A DNA stretch of 64,000 bases from Chloroflexota bacterium (GTDB lineage Bacteria; Chloroflexota; JAJPGV01), in contig JAJPGV010000056.1 of NCBI GenBank assembly GCA_021325635.1, forward strand, positions 67,037 through 131,036, given 5' to 3'. Position numbers and translations under genes: made by a program. The notes below the pieces were generated by a model. The model was not told the origin of the DNA and did no database searches. It worked only from the letters and a program-made list of their open reading frames with translations. This document shows positions 39,870 through 49,935 of the stretch, in pieces (position 1 is the first letter of the stretch; the number at the start of each line of letters is the position of its first letter).

Positions 39870-41459
39870 TCATCGGTCCAGGCAGGCGTAGCACAGCTCG
39901 AAGCTCTTGTTGATGAGCGGGAAGTCGGGCACCATGTTGCCCGGCACTGCGAGGGCGACGACCGGCCAGTTACAGAAGGAGGCAGAGCGAATGCGATAGC
40001 GATCGATCGTTCCATCCGCGCCGGTCCTGACCCAGTGAACGTTGCTGCCTCGAGGTGATTCGGTGTAGCCCAGCCCAACCGCGAACGGCGGCAGCGACGG
40101 CATCCTCGCTGAGATCGGGCCATCCGGCAAATCGGACGCCAGTTGCTGCGCCAGCGCGAAAGAGGCTCGGGTCTCCTCGATGCGGACCTGGGCCCGTGCC
40201 TGCACGTCGCCTTGTGACTGCACCACTTCCGGAACCATCAACGCGCCATACGCGGCGTAAGGCTGATCGCGGCGCAGGTCCCCTGTCAGTCCACTGGCCC
40301 GCGCCGCCACGCCGACCGCCCCGAGCGCCCGGGCTGACTCGGTCTCCACCCGACCCGTTCCCCTGAAGCGTTCCATGACCGAGGACGTCTCCAGGACGAG
40401 TTCCACGAACCGCTCGAACTCGCCCCTCACCTGATGCAGGGTCTGCTGGATGTCCAGAGCCTGGCTGGTCTCGATGTCCCGCCGCACACCGCCCAGCCGG
40501 CCGACGCCGCGCAGGAAACGGTTGCCAGCGACCCGCTCGTTGAGGCGCTGCAGCAGCTCTTTGAGCCAGGCACCGTGGCTTGCGCCGACCGCGAAGCCGA
40601 CGCCGGCGCACATGTTCCCGAGGTCACCCACGTGGTTGTACAGCCTCTCCAACTCCAGCAGCAAGCTGCGGATAGCCGCGGCACGGCCTGGCACCTCGGC
40701 TCCGGCCAGCGCTTCCACCGCCTGGCAGTAGGCGACGGCGTGCGACAGGGCACACGCGCCGCAGGTGTGCTCGGCCAGCGCCAGCGCCTGGGCGGCCGTC
40801 TTGCCTTCGGCCAGTTTCTCGATGCCGCGATGCGTGTAGAACAGCCGTGTCTCCAGGTGCAAGACGACTTCGCCGACTGCCGCGAAGCGGAAATGCCCGG
40901 GCTCGATCACGCCGGCATGGATCGGCCCCACCGGGATCTCGACGATGCCCTCGCCGTGGAGGTGGTGGAAGCGGTGTGGGGCGCCCTCAACGCGGGGCAC
41001 CGGGATGGCAGGGTCGAAGTCCTTGCGCAGCGGATAGACGCCCGCGGGCCAATCGTCATGCAGCACCAGCCGGCGCAGGTCGGGATGGCCCTCCGGCACC
41101 AGCCCGAGCATGTCGTGCACCTCACGCTCATACAAGTGCGCCGCCGGCAGCCGCGGGGTGACCGACGGAAACGCCGCCGTCTCGGGATCGATTGCAGCCT
41201 CGACGCTGAGCCAGTTGTCCGGCGCCTGGAAGACGTAGGCCAGCCGGTAGCCGCCCGATCGCGCTCGGTCGTCGTAGCCGACCATCGTCGCCAGCGTTGC
41301 CTGGAGGCCGTGTTGCAGCCTTGCACAGCTTTCCGGCAGGTCGGTGACGGGCACCTCCACGGCAAGACGCTCGCCGGTATGCCGCACCACTGCGCGGTCG
41401 GTCAAAAGCCCGCGCACCTGGTCCTCCAAGGTCACGCTCTGGACGGCCACGGAGGTCAT
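39870..41459 (-). CDS. Group-4 [NiFe]-hydrogenase large subunit (HycE/EchE-like; fused NuoC + NuoD homolog)
   Basis: 529 aa from MTSVAVQ; N-terminal NuoC-like domain; L1 motif HTCGACALSH (xCGxCxxxH) and C-terminal LCYACLDR (CxxC...DR) Ni-Fe ligand motifs retained; the ORF stops directly after CLDR (no C-terminal maturation extension); ATGA overlap with the upstream gene. Confidence 0.85.
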   Translation of the reverse strand: MTSVAVQSVTLEDQVRGLLTDRAVVRHTGERLAVEVPVTDLPESCARLQHGLQATLATMVGYDDRARSGGYRLAYVFQAPDNWLSVEAAIDPETAAFPSVTPRLPAAHLYEREVHDMLGLVPEGHPDLRRLVLHDDWPAGVYPLRKDFDPAIPVPRVEGAPHRFHHLHGEGIVEIPVGPIHAGVIEPGHFRFAAVGEVVLHLETRLFYTHRGIEKLAEGKTAAQALALAEHTCGACALSHAVAYCQAVEALAGAEVPGRAAAIRSLLLELERLYNHVGDLGNMCAGVGFAVGASHGAWLKELLQRLNERVAGNRFLRGVGRLGGVRRDIETSQALDIQQTLHQVRGEFERFVELVLETSSVMERFRGTGRVETESARALGAVGVAARASGLTGDLRRDQPYAAYGALMVPEVVQSQGDVQARAQVRIEETRASFALAQQLASDLPDGPISARMPSLPPFAVGLGYTESPRGSNVHWVRTGADGTIDRYRIRSASFCNWPVVALAVPGNMVPDFPLINKSFELCYACLDR

Positions 41460-42925
41460 CGCGGGCCGCTCGCCAGCAGTCCGGCGACCTGCTGCAGGGC
41501 GCTGTTGAACGCCGGCGGCATATACACGCCCAGCAGCACCATCAAGCCGGCCGGAATAGCCAGCGCACCGCCTCTCAGGCGCGGGAACGTCAGCTTCTCG
41601 AGACTGGTGCGCGGCCGGCCAAAGGCCATGTCGAGGGCGTGCCCGAAGGCGGCGGCGAACACAATCCCCAGCGCCACGATGAGGATGGCCACGGCCAGCC
41701 AGTTGCCCTGAGCGAAGCCGGCGCCGACGATGCCGAACTCGCTGAGGAAGATGGCGAACGGTGGCAGCCCGGTGATGGCGAACATGCCCATCAGGAGCAG
41801 GCTGCCCGTGACCGGCATGGCGCGAACCACGCCCCGGATGCGCGACATACGCGTTGTGCCGTAGCGCTGGGTCAGATTGCCGGCCACGAAGAACAGCAGC
41901 GCCTTGGCGATCGCGTGGTTGAACAGGTGCAGCGCGCCGGCGTACAGGCCTAGCGAGCCACCGAGGCCAATCGCAGTCGCGATCAGTCCCACATGCTCGA
42001 CACTGGAATAAGCCAGGAGCCGCTTCAGATCGCGCTGCACCACGATGAAGGGCACCGCGACGCTGACCGAGATCAGGCCCAGGGTGACCAGCGCCCTGGA
42101 TGAGAAGCCACCGGGCACGGCGATGCTGGCCAGCATGTGAAAACGGAAGATGGCGTAGAGCGCGCACTCCAACAACACGCCCGACAACAGTGCGCTGATG
42201 GGCGAGGGCGCCTGGCTGTGGGCGTCGGGCAGCCAGTTGTGCAGCGGCGCCAGGCCGGCCTTGGTCCCGAAGCCGATGAGCACGAACACGAACGCCAGCC
42301 GCATGATGCCGGGATCGAGCTGCCCGGCATGGGCCATGAGCACCGTCCAGTCCAGCCCTGATTCGCCGGCCGTCAGCCGAGTCGAGGCATAGTACGTCAG
42401 CAGGACCCCGAACAGTGCAATCACGATACCGACCGTGCACAGGATGAGGTACTTCCAGGCCGCCTCCAGCGCGGCCGGCGTGCGGTGAAACCCGACCAGC
42501 AGCGCCGAGACAAGCGTCGTCGCCTCGACGGCGACCCACAGCAGACCCAGGTTGTTGACGCTGACCGTAACCAGCATCGTCCAGATGAAGGTGTGGTACC
42601 CGCAGTAGTACCAGGGCAGTTGCGAGACCGGCACCGCTCCGCTCTGAACCTCGCGCTGAAGGTAGCCAATCGAGTACAGCGCCGCGGCGAAGTCCAGCAC
42701 GACGATAACCGCGATGAGGACCGCACTCAGCTGGTCGACGTACACCGATGCGCCCACGGCCGTTACCGGCCCGTCGGCGAAGACCCGGCCGACCACGACC
42801 AGGCCGAGGCACAGCGTTGCGAACCCTCCAAGTGCGTGAATGCTGGCAATGACGCTGGGCGCGCGAAACGCACGGCAGAGGACGGCCGTCAGCGGCGGCA
42901 GCCCAAGTAGCGCGATCAGGAACAC
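41456..42925 (-). CDS. Hydrogenase-4 membrane subunit, NuoN/NuoM-type antiporter-like (HyfF/HycQ-like)
   Basis: 489 aa, ~14 TM; antiporter-like motifs (GFGTKAGLAPLHNWLPDAHSQAPSPISALLSGVL). Confidence 0.8.
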   Translation of the reverse strand: MFLIALLGLPPLTAVLCRAFRAPSVIASIHALGGFATLCLGLVVVGRVFADGPVTAVGASVYVDQLSAVLIAVIVVLDFAAALYSIGYLQREVQSGAVPVSQLPWYYCGYHTFIWTMLVTVSVNNLGLLWVAVEATTLVSALLVGFHRTPAALEAAWKYLILCTVGIVIALFGVLLTYYASTRLTAGESGLDWTVLMAHAGQLDPGIMRLAFVFVLIGFGTKAGLAPLHNWLPDAHSQAPSPISALLSGVLLECALYAIFRFHMLASIAVPGGFSSRALVTLGLISVSVAVPFIVVQRDLKRLLAYSSVEHVGLIATAIGLGGSLGLYAGALHLFNHAIAKALLFFVAGNLTQRYGTTRMSRIRGVVRAMPVTGSLLLMGMFAITGLPPFAIFLSEFGIVGAGFAQGNWLAVAILIVALGIVFAAAFGHALDMAFGRPRTSLEKLTFPRLRGGALAIPAGLMVLLGVYMPPAFNSALQQVAGLLASGPR

Positions 42926-42935
42926 TCTTTGCCCC

Positions 42936-43610
42936 CTACCCGCGCAACGCCCGCAGGCGATCGACGTCTAGAGATTGGAAGGTGCTGCCCAGGTAGTTGG
43001 ACACCCACCCCATAACCGCGACGGCGATGAGGACGTCCAGGGCAACGCCCATCTCGACCGCCAGGGGCAGCCCCCGCGTGGCAATCACCGCTGCCAGGTA
43101 CAGCCCGTTTTCCATCGCAATCAAGGCCACGATCTGACTCAGCGCCTTGCGCCGCAGCAGCATGGTGAAGAAGCCCAGCAGCAGGACGGCGACGGCCGCC
43201 GGCAGAGTGTTGGCCGTGAGATAGCCCTCCGGCGCCACCAGCGAGCCGGTCGCGAAGTAGGAGAACAGGATCAGGCCGACCGCCAGAGGCAAGGCCAGCT
43301 TGCGGCTGATGACCGGTTGCTGCTCGAAGCGAACGGGCGCGCGTTGCAGCACCCACAGCAGCATGACCGGCACAGCGATGGCCTTGACGGCCAGGGTCAG
43401 CGCCGCCGCGAGGTAACCGTGGCCGCTCCCCGTCGCCAGGGCCACGATCCCCGCGGCGGCCGTAAGCAGACCGCCCTGGACGGCCAGCAGCGCGATAGCC
43501 AGGTCCAGCTGGTAGACCAGCAGGGAGCACAGGACCACGGCCAGCAGCAAGACACTGATGGTGTCCAGCAGCCCTCTGGCCGCGGCCGCACTCAACAAAA
43601 TGGTCGTCAC
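42936..43610 (-). CDS. Hydrogenase-4 membrane subunit HyfE/HycP-like
   Basis: 224 aa, ~6 TM, NuoK-related extended protein; stop overlaps the next gene. Confidence 0.65.
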   Translation of the reverse strand: MTTILLSAAAARGLLDTISVLLLAVVLCSLLVYQLDLAIALLAVQGGLLTAAAGIVALATGSGHGYLAAALTLAVKAIAVPVMLLWVLQRAPVRFEQQPVISRKLALPLAVGLILFSYFATGSLVAPEGYLTANTLPAAVAVLLLGFFTMLLRRKALSQIVALIAMENGLYLAAVIATRGLPLAVEMGVALDVLIAVAVMGWVSNYLGSTFQSLDVDRLRALRG

Positions 43611-44530
43611 CGGCCCACCACATAGCCGGAGATAAGGGCCAGCAAGGCCAGTAAGCTGGCCGCCCCCAGCAGGTCCGGCACTCGGAAGATGCGCAGCTTG
43701 GCGTAGCTTGTCTCCGTCAGCGCCAGCGCCAGGCCCACCACAGTGAGCTTGCCCAGGTAGCTGGCAACGCCGACGGCGAGCGAGCCCAGCTGCGCCTGCT
43801 GGGCCGTGCCCCAGGGCAGGAACAGGGCCGCCAGCAGCGACACCACCACCACCTGCTTGATGTGGCTGGCCCAGGTGACGAGCGCTAGCGCGCGGCCCGA
43901 GTACTCGAGGATCATGCCCTCGTGGGCCATGGTCAGCTCGAGGTGTGTATCCGGGTTATCCACCGGGATGCGCCCGGTCTCGGCGATGGCCACGATGAAT
44001 AGCGCACCCAGCGCCAGCAGCCGGGCGGGTCCCCATGGCCCGCCGGCGACCTCGGCGACGGCGGTTGATCCGACGGGGATGGCCAGAGCAAAGAGGGCCA
44101 GCAGCAGCGCGGGCTCGACAAGGGCGGCGAACGCCATCTCGCGGCTGGTGCCCATGCCCCCGAAATTGCTGGCAGTGTCCAGCGCGGCCAGGGCCAGGGC
44201 GAAGCGCCCCAGGGCCAGCAGGCCGACCAGCACTACGACGTCGCCCAGCCGTTCCAGCGGCGGACGATCGAAGAAGGTTGGCAGCAGCCCGGCCGCGGCG
44301 AGACTGGTTACGAAGTACACCAGCGGCGCGCAGCGGACGATCCACGAGCTGTGCTCCGACACGACGCTTTCCCGAGCGAGGTACTTCAGAAGGTCGAAGG
44401 CCGGCTGCGCCACCGAGGGCCCTCGACGGCCCTGAAAAACAGCTTTGACGGCCTTGATGACGCCGTTTAAGAACGGCGCCGCTACCAGCACCAGGAGTGA
44501 CTGGCCGAGCAGCAGGCTGATGGCGGTCAC
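43607..44530 (-). CDS. Hydrogenase membrane subunit NuoH-like (HycD/HyfC-like)
   Basis: 307 aa, 8 TM; conserved NuoH/HycD loop features (PFDxxE-type region ETGRIPVDNPDTHLELTMAHEGMILEYSG). Confidence 0.8.
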   Translation of the reverse strand: MTAISLLLGQSLLVLVAAPFLNGVIKAVKAVFQGRRGPSVAQPAFDLLKYLARESVVSEHSSWIVRCAPLVYFVTSLAAAGLLPTFFDRPPLERLGDVVVLVGLLALGRFALALAALDTASNFGGMGTSREMAFAALVEPALLLALFALAIPVGSTAVAEVAGGPWGPARLLALGALFIVAIAETGRIPVDNPDTHLELTMAHEGMILEYSGRALALVTWASHIKQVVVVSLLAALFLPWGTAQQAQLGSLAVGVASYLGKLTVVGLALALTETSYAKLRIFRVPDLLGAASLLALLALISGYVVGR

Positions 44531-44532
44531 CG

Positions 44533-46530
44533 TTAGCGGGCCACCAGGATGGCGACCACGAGGGCAGCGAACATGTAAGCCAGGTAGGTCCGCAAACTGC
44601 CGTTCTGGAGCAGCCGAACGCGCTCGGCGATGCCCAGCAGCAGTCTCACTGTCGGCCGGTAGAGATAGTGCTCGAACACCGGCCTCACGCCACCCTCATA
44701 GCGAACGCTGGACACAAAGAAGGGGGCCTGGCTGTACTCCCGCTCGATCTCCCGATAGGGCCGCACCAGCGCCTGAAAGATGAGCCGGATCGGTTTGGCC
44801 AGGGCTGTCGACGTGTACTGCATGCCGGGCTTGAGCCGGATGCCGCAGGCCCACGGCGGCGCGACGCGAACCACCGCGCGTCCGCCGAGCAGGCGCGCCA
44901 GGAGCCGGATGCCCAGGGCCGCAGCGACGAGGACCACCAGTGCGCCGGCCGGAGCGAACACGCCGTCCTTCGTGGCCGGACCGGCAATGCCGGTGGCCAG
45001 GGTAGTTGGGGCGGCTGCGCCAGCCAGAAGACCGGTCACCGGCGACGTCAGGCGCAGCACGGCCCCAGGAAGGACACCCAGCACGACACACAGCGCCGCC
45101 AGCAAGCCCGTGCCGGCCAGCATCGACAGCGCTGCCTCGTGGCCGTCGTGCCCGGCGCTTCGCGGCAGACCCAGAAAGGTGATGCCGAAGGCCTTGACGA
45201 AACAGAACGCGGCCAGCCCGCCGGTAAGTGCCAGCAGCGCGGCGGACACGCCTGCGATGGTCGCCAGGACGCCGGACTGTGACTGCGTTCCAACCTGCAA
45301 CAGTCCCTGGAATGTCAGCCATTCGCTGGCAAAGCCATTCAGAGGCGGCAGCCCGGAGATGGCAATCGAGCCCACCAGGAAGAAGCCCGCGGTCCAGGGC
45401 ATCGAGCGGATGAGGCCGCCGAGCTGATCCATGTTGCGTGAGTGGGTGGCGTGTTGCACAGCGCCCGTGGCGAGGAACAGCAGCGACTTGAAGATGGCGT
45501 GGTTCAGCGTGTGAAACAGACCGGCGCTGAGCGCCAGCGCGGCGGCCAGATTGTGGCCCTGGGAAGCCAGGATAAAGGCAGCGCCGATGCCCATCAGGAT
45601 GATGCCGATGTTCTCCACGCTGTGATACGCCAGCAGTCGCTTGAGGTCGTGCTCCATGAGGGCGTACAGCACTCCCAGGACGGCCGAGGCACCGCCGATG
45701 CCCAGGATCAGCACACCCCACCAGGCCGGCCCGGGCCCGACGAATTCCCAGCCCACCCGCAGCAGGCCGTAGATGGCAGTTTTGATCATGACGCCCGACA
45801 TCAGAGCCGAGACGTGGCTCGGCGCCGCGGGATGAGCGCGTGGCAGCCACACGTGGAGGGGAATCACGCCCGCCTTCGTTCCGAACCCAATCAGGGCGAG
45901 CAGAAAAACAGCGTTGCGCACAATGGCCGGCTGGCTGGCAGCGGCCGCTCGGAAAGCATCGAAGCTGAAGCTGCCGCTGGCCCGGAAGAGCACCAGAAAG
46001 GCGGCCAGCAGGAAGGCCGTGCCGGCGTGGGTCATGACCAGGTACAGAAACCCGGCTCGGCGCGTCTCCGGGCGTTCGTGGTCGTGGATGACCAGGAAGA
46101 ACGACACCAGGGACATCAGCTCCCAGGCCACCAGGAACGCGACCACGCTGTTGGCCAGCACGACCAGCACCATGCTGGCCAGGAAGGCGTTGAAGCCGGT
46201 CGCCAGGCCAGCCGCACGGGGTTCGGCGACGTAGGCGGTCGCAAAAAGCGACACGGCTAGCCCGACCGTGGAGACGATGACCAGGAAGAACGCAGCCAAC
46301 GAGTCGAGCCTGAGGGCAAAGTCGGCAAACGGCGTCAGCGCGAACGTCCCCGTTTGGAGTGACCAGCCGCCGATGAGGCTGGCCAGCCCGAGGGCTATGC
46401 CTGTTGCTCCCCCGAGTGCCGCGCAGATATGTGACGCAACGGTGACCCAGCGCCTGGTTGCGGCTAGGCCAAACAGGATTCCAACGAGGTAGGGAGTCAG
46501 GACGACGGCGATGATCGCCAGTTCTGTCAC
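44533..46530 (-). CDS. Hydrogenase membrane subunit NuoL-like (HycC/HyfB-like), first gene of the operon
   Basis: 665 aa (GTG start), ~16 TM; antiporter-like motifs (GFGTKAGVIPLHVWLPRAHPAAPSHVSALMSGVMIK); ~210-bp AT-richer promoter region upstream (46531-46741). Confidence 0.85.
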   Translation of the reverse strand: MTELAIIAVVLTPYLVGILFGLAATRRWVTVASHICAALGGATGIALGLASLIGGWSLQTGTFALTPFADFALRLDSLAAFFLVIVSTVGLAVSLFATAYVAEPRAAGLATGFNAFLASMVLVVLANSVVAFLVAWELMSLVSFFLVIHDHERPETRRAGFLYLVMTHAGTAFLLAAFLVLFRASGSFSFDAFRAAAASQPAIVRNAVFLLALIGFGTKAGVIPLHVWLPRAHPAAPSHVSALMSGVMIKTAIYGLLRVGWEFVGPGPAWWGVLILGIGGASAVLGVLYALMEHDLKRLLAYHSVENIGIILMGIGAAFILASQGHNLAAALALSAGLFHTLNHAIFKSLLFLATGAVQHATHSRNMDQLGGLIRSMPWTAGFFLVGSIAISGLPPLNGFASEWLTFQGLLQVGTQSQSGVLATIAGVSAALLALTGGLAAFCFVKAFGITFLGLPRSAGHDGHEAALSMLAGTGLLAALCVVLGVLPGAVLRLTSPVTGLLAGAAAPTTLATGIAGPATKDGVFAPAGALVVLVAAALGIRLLARLLGGRAVVRVAPPWACGIRLKPGMQYTSTALAKPIRLIFQALVRPYREIEREYSQAPFFVSSVRYEGGVRPVFEHYLYRPTVRLLLGIAERVRLLQNGSLRTYLAYMFAALVVAILVAR

Positions 46531-46741
46531 GAGAGCCGCGGCAGCTCTGGGCCGAGAGGTCTTCCTATGGCATGGCCTCGTGAACGTGCAAAGTACCCAT
46601 CAGTAAACGGCGCCTGTCGCAAGCTCCAGCGTTATTGACACCCGGCGCCGATGGCGGCCAGCGAGAGGCGACCACACCAGAGGACGTTCCCTTGGCGTAC
46701 GGTTCAGGCGACGTAGCTATTTTACAATATGAAGAAATTGC

Positions 46742-47050
46742 ATGATTAGAAACTTCTCGATCCAGTGGACCACCAAGGTGGATTGCGGCCGATGGCTCCG
46801 TGCCACAGATGGACTGTGGGAGCTGTGCGTGCTGAATGCCGACTTATCCGCCACCAAACAGGAGGACGAGGACATAGGATGTCCCTTCGGTGCCATGGTC
46901 ACGGCCACGAGGGATGAGGCATCGTTCTTCAGTCGTGAACGTTGGGTCAACGACCCAGACGACCTCATCGGAGCCGAAGAGGCCCTCATGCACGAGGCAG
47001 TCCACGCGATCGGTGATGGTTCGTGGGTGGATAGGCGCCGCTCGGACTGA
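46742..47050 (+). CDS. Hypothetical protein
   Basis: 102 aa; diverse composition; TACAAT-like -10 box about 20 nt upstream within an AT-richer stretch; divergent from the hydrogenase operon. Confidence 0.4.
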   Translation: MIRNFSIQWTTKVDCGRWLRATDGLWELCVLNADLSATKQEDEDIGCPFGAMVTATRDEASFFSRERWVNDPDDLIGAEEALMHEAVHAIGDGSWVDRRRSD

Positions 47051-47678
47051 CGAACTGCCGGCAAATCTGGAAGGCCCGCATTCTGAGCGAACCCGTCCAG
47101 TAACTGGCTGCGCCCGAGGTGAGCTTGGCTGGTTGTTTCACGGCCCTCTGTTCCCCAGCGGCCGAGCGGGTTGGGGGTGGCAGTGCCGGCCGCGGCGGCG
47201 GCCGCCGCCCCGCGAAAACTCCTTCCTCCATGCCCTGGCGGACGACAGCCGTCAGCAACGGGCGCTGCGGGCAAGAACCGCCTCGTCGACTCGCTGCCCG
47301 AACGAGAGCGCTGCTGTCCGTATACCAGACACGTGCTGCGTCGATGATGTCCTGCTGGCGTTCCAGACGCTGACGGTCAAGCGCGGAGAGGAAGCCCTGG
47401 AGCTTCTGCATCGCCGGTAGCGCGGGATCGTTCACGATAGGCAGAAGTGGCCGTGTCGATTCTTCGAGAATCCGCGCCACAAGGGCATCCAGCAGGTCTC
47501 CGTGCGAATCGAAGTAGTGGTGAAAAGCAGCCCCCGAGATCTGGGGGGCGTCCCGCACGTCCTGCAGGGACATCTGGTCATAGCCCTTGGTGAATACCAG
47601 TCGCTGCGCCGCGGCGACGATGGCGTTGCGCTTTGAAACGAATTCCTCAGGCTTTGCAGTTACGAGCCATATAAACAA
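46986..47678 (-). CDS. TetR family transcriptional regulator
   Basis: AIVAAAQRLVFTKGYDQMSLQDVRDAPQISGAAFHHYFDSHGDLLDAL is a TetR HTH; 3' end overlaps the convergent ORF by ~65 nt. Confidence 0.7.
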   Translation of the reverse strand: MFIWLVTAKPEEFVSKRNAIVAAAQRLVFTKGYDQMSLQDVRDAPQISGAAFHHYFDSHGDLLDALVARILEESTRPLLPIVNDPALPAMQKLQGFLSALDRQRLERQQDIIDAARVWYTDSSALVRAASRRGGSCPQRPLLTAVVRQGMEEGVFAGRRPPPRPALPPPTRSAAGEQRAVKQPAKLTSGAASYWTGSLRMRAFQICRQFVSPSGAYPPTNHHRSRGLPRA

Positions 47679-47715
47679 ACGATCTGTTTATGAGTTTGCC
47701 GCGCAAAACTAGCCG

Positions 47716-48783
47716 GTGTCAGGCCGGGTGCCGGCGTCGGCGACCTACTCTGGCCCGAGATTCGCGGCGATCACTGTACGTATGCGCGTCCGCGGCATTC
47801 ACTACGACGTAGGCATAGATACCGTTGATGGCAAGGTCACCCGACCAGAGCTGCCGGGCGACCAAATGGCGACCGAGCTGGACCTGATCGCCCACCAATT
47901 GCACGCCAATGCCGTGCGCATAAGCGGCAGGGATGCGGGCCGGATGGCCCTGGCAGCAAAGCTAGCCGCAGACTGCGGGCTCGAGGTGTGGCTGTCGCCA
48001 TTCCTGGCCAACGGCACGCGCGAAGATACGCTGGCGCTGCTGCGGGAGTCGGCTGCCTCCGGCGAGCACCTGCGCCGGGAAGGTGTGCCGGTGACGCTCA
48101 TCGTCGGTCTGGAGATGTCCGGCTTCTTGAAAGGCATCATCCCGGGCGAGACGGTGCTTGAGCGACTGAGCCTGTTGTCGGATCCGACGCGGCTCATCTC
48201 CGCCGTCATGGCATTAGGTCAAGACCCCCAGGAGACGATGGCCAACTTCCTGGGGGAGGCTGTGGACACGGCCCGTTCCCAGTTTGGCGGCACGGTGACC
48301 TACGGCGCTGGCCTGTGGGAGCAGATCGACTGGGGACTCTTCGATGTAGTGGGCGTGGATGCTTATCGCGACGCACAGAACCGGGCCGGATTCGATGCGC
48401 ACTTGAAAGCCTATTTGGCGTACGGCAAGCCAGTGGTGGTAACCGAGTTCGGGTGCGCCACATTTCGGGGCGCGGCCGCTCAGGGCAGCATGGCGTGGAC
48501 AGTAGCCGAACGCGGAACAACGCCCACCCGGCTCAAGGCGGGTACCGTGCGCGACGAATCCGAACAGGCGCGCGAACTGATCGACCTGCTGCGGACGTTC
48601 GACGCCGCCGGCGTGGATGGCAGCTTCATCTACACATTAATCGCGCCCAGTTATCCATCCAATGCCGATCCGGACCTCGACCTCGACGTCGCGTCGTACT
48701 CGCTGGTGCGTACCTGGGACAATGGCCGCACGGAGCTAAAGCCGTCCTTCCAGGCGGTTGCCTCCTATTACGGAGTGGCCTAG
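47716..48783 (+). CDS. Putative TIM-barrel glycoside hydrolase-like protein
   Basis: 355 aa; alternating beta/alpha pattern with VVVTEFG, which resembles a clan GH-A catalytic nucleophile strand; family not identifiable by eye. Confidence 0.4.
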   Translation: MSGRVPASATYSGPRFAAITVRMRVRGIHYDVGIDTVDGKVTRPELPGDQMATELDLIAHQLHANAVRISGRDAGRMALAAKLAADCGLEVWLSPFLANGTREDTLALLRESAASGEHLRREGVPVTLIVGLEMSGFLKGIIPGETVLERLSLLSDPTRLISAVMALGQDPQETMANFLGEAVDTARSQFGGTVTYGAGLWEQIDWGLFDVVGVDAYRDAQNRAGFDAHLKAYLAYGKPVVVTEFGCATFRGAAAQGSMAWTVAERGTTPTRLKAGTVRDESEQARELIDLLRTFDAAGVDGSFIYTLIAPSYPSNADPDLDLDVASYSLVRTWDNGRTELKPSFQAVASYYGVA

Positions 48784-49022
48784 ATTTCCGGTGGCCTCTG
48801 CCGCTGGTCCACGTCCCACAGCGGGGCCGCCGACCCGCGACTACCCGTCCCCGTTGAACGAGGCCCAACTCCGCGGGGACCGGTTTTGGTCCCGGTTATC
48901 CGGATTACTTGACTGCGGGCGCGATCGAAGCGGCCTCAGATGCTCGCTTCATGGCCTCCTGACCCTGGGCGATGGACAAGAGCACGTGGTCGGTGGCCGC
49001 GGTCCGACCTCCTGAACGCCTC

Positions 49023-49736
49023 CTAGGCGGCGGCGTTGCCACGGACCCTGGACAGATATCCAGGGTCGACGAACGATTGGGCGAACCCTTTGATGATGAG
49101 CCATAGGGCCAGAACCATTTCTTGCACGAAGATGGGCAGCATCAGCACCATGTAACTCAACAACGGCTGACGGTTGAACGCGGCCAGTGCACACGTGGCC
49201 ATGGCCAGCGTGACGGCGACCAGGCCCCAGGCAGACAGCCACCTGGGAATTAGCCGCGATTGAAAGAAGACGTAGTAGTACATCAACCCGCCGAAACTAA
49301 AGGCCAGCACTCCTACGACACCGACCTGCTGGCGCAGAGCTCGTAGGACGTCGCCGGCAGCTTGCAGCGAGGCGCGATCGGCCGTGTTTGCCGTGCTGGC
49401 CTGCTGGCTCAAGCTCAACAGGGACAGCAAGCTCCCGACGGCCAGCAGATACATGACGGCCTCGATCGTTCTGAAAACCACCGACCCAAGCGCTAGGCCT
49501 TCGTTCGATTTCCTCAATATCGGATACAGCGAGATGGCGATGCCAACAGAGGCGCTGGCCGCGATGGTCTCAAGGAGTGCGCCAGCCGTTACCTGATTCG
49601 CGTGCGCGAACAACATGCGCAAGTAGTCCGTATCGGCCAACGACGATCTGGACAGCCCGGTCCCGATTACGTTAACGACGGTCGCGATGATGAACAGAAT
49701 GCCGGCAATGATGGCCGTACGTCGTGTTGAGTCCAT
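49023..49736 (-). CDS. DUF4386-family membrane protein
   Basis: 237 aa; MDSTRRTAIIAGILFIIATVVNVIG... and 6 TM typical of DUF4386. Confidence 0.6.
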   Translation of the reverse strand: MDSTRRTAIIAGILFIIATVVNVIGTGLSRSSLADTDYLRMLFAHANQVTAGALLETIAASASVGIAISLYPILRKSNEGLALGSVVFRTIEAVMYLLAVGSLLSLLSLSQQASTANTADRASLQAAGDVLRALRQQVGVVGVLAFSFGGLMYYYVFFQSRLIPRWLSAWGLVAVTLAMATCALAAFNRQPLLSYMVLMLPIFVQEMVLALWLIIKGFAQSFVDPGYLSRVRGNAAA

Positions 49737-49907
49737 GATCTGAACTTCGCGGCCAGGTTACTAACAGCGCCCTTACGGATCATGAACAACAACGAAAGCG
49801 TCCGAAGTGGATCCGGAATTCACGGCGGCGCGCCTAAGCGCCTACTCCGCGCCCGACCAACTGAGATTTTTGGCTTACCGGCCTGAAGTCTGATACACGA
49901 TTGTAAT

Positions 49908-49929
49908 GTACATGCTATGCATGTACAAT
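49908..49929 (+). promoter_or_regulatory. higBA promoter/operator: perfect 7-bp inverted repeat GTACATG-n5-CATGTAC overlapping a TACAAT -10 box, 6 nt from the higB ATG
   Basis: Read directly: ...ttgtaatGTACATGctatgCATGTACAATtcgcctATG; AT-rich relative to surroundings; spacing implies a leaderless or near-leaderless higB transcript. Confidence 0.5.
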
Positions 49930-49935
49930 TCGCCT

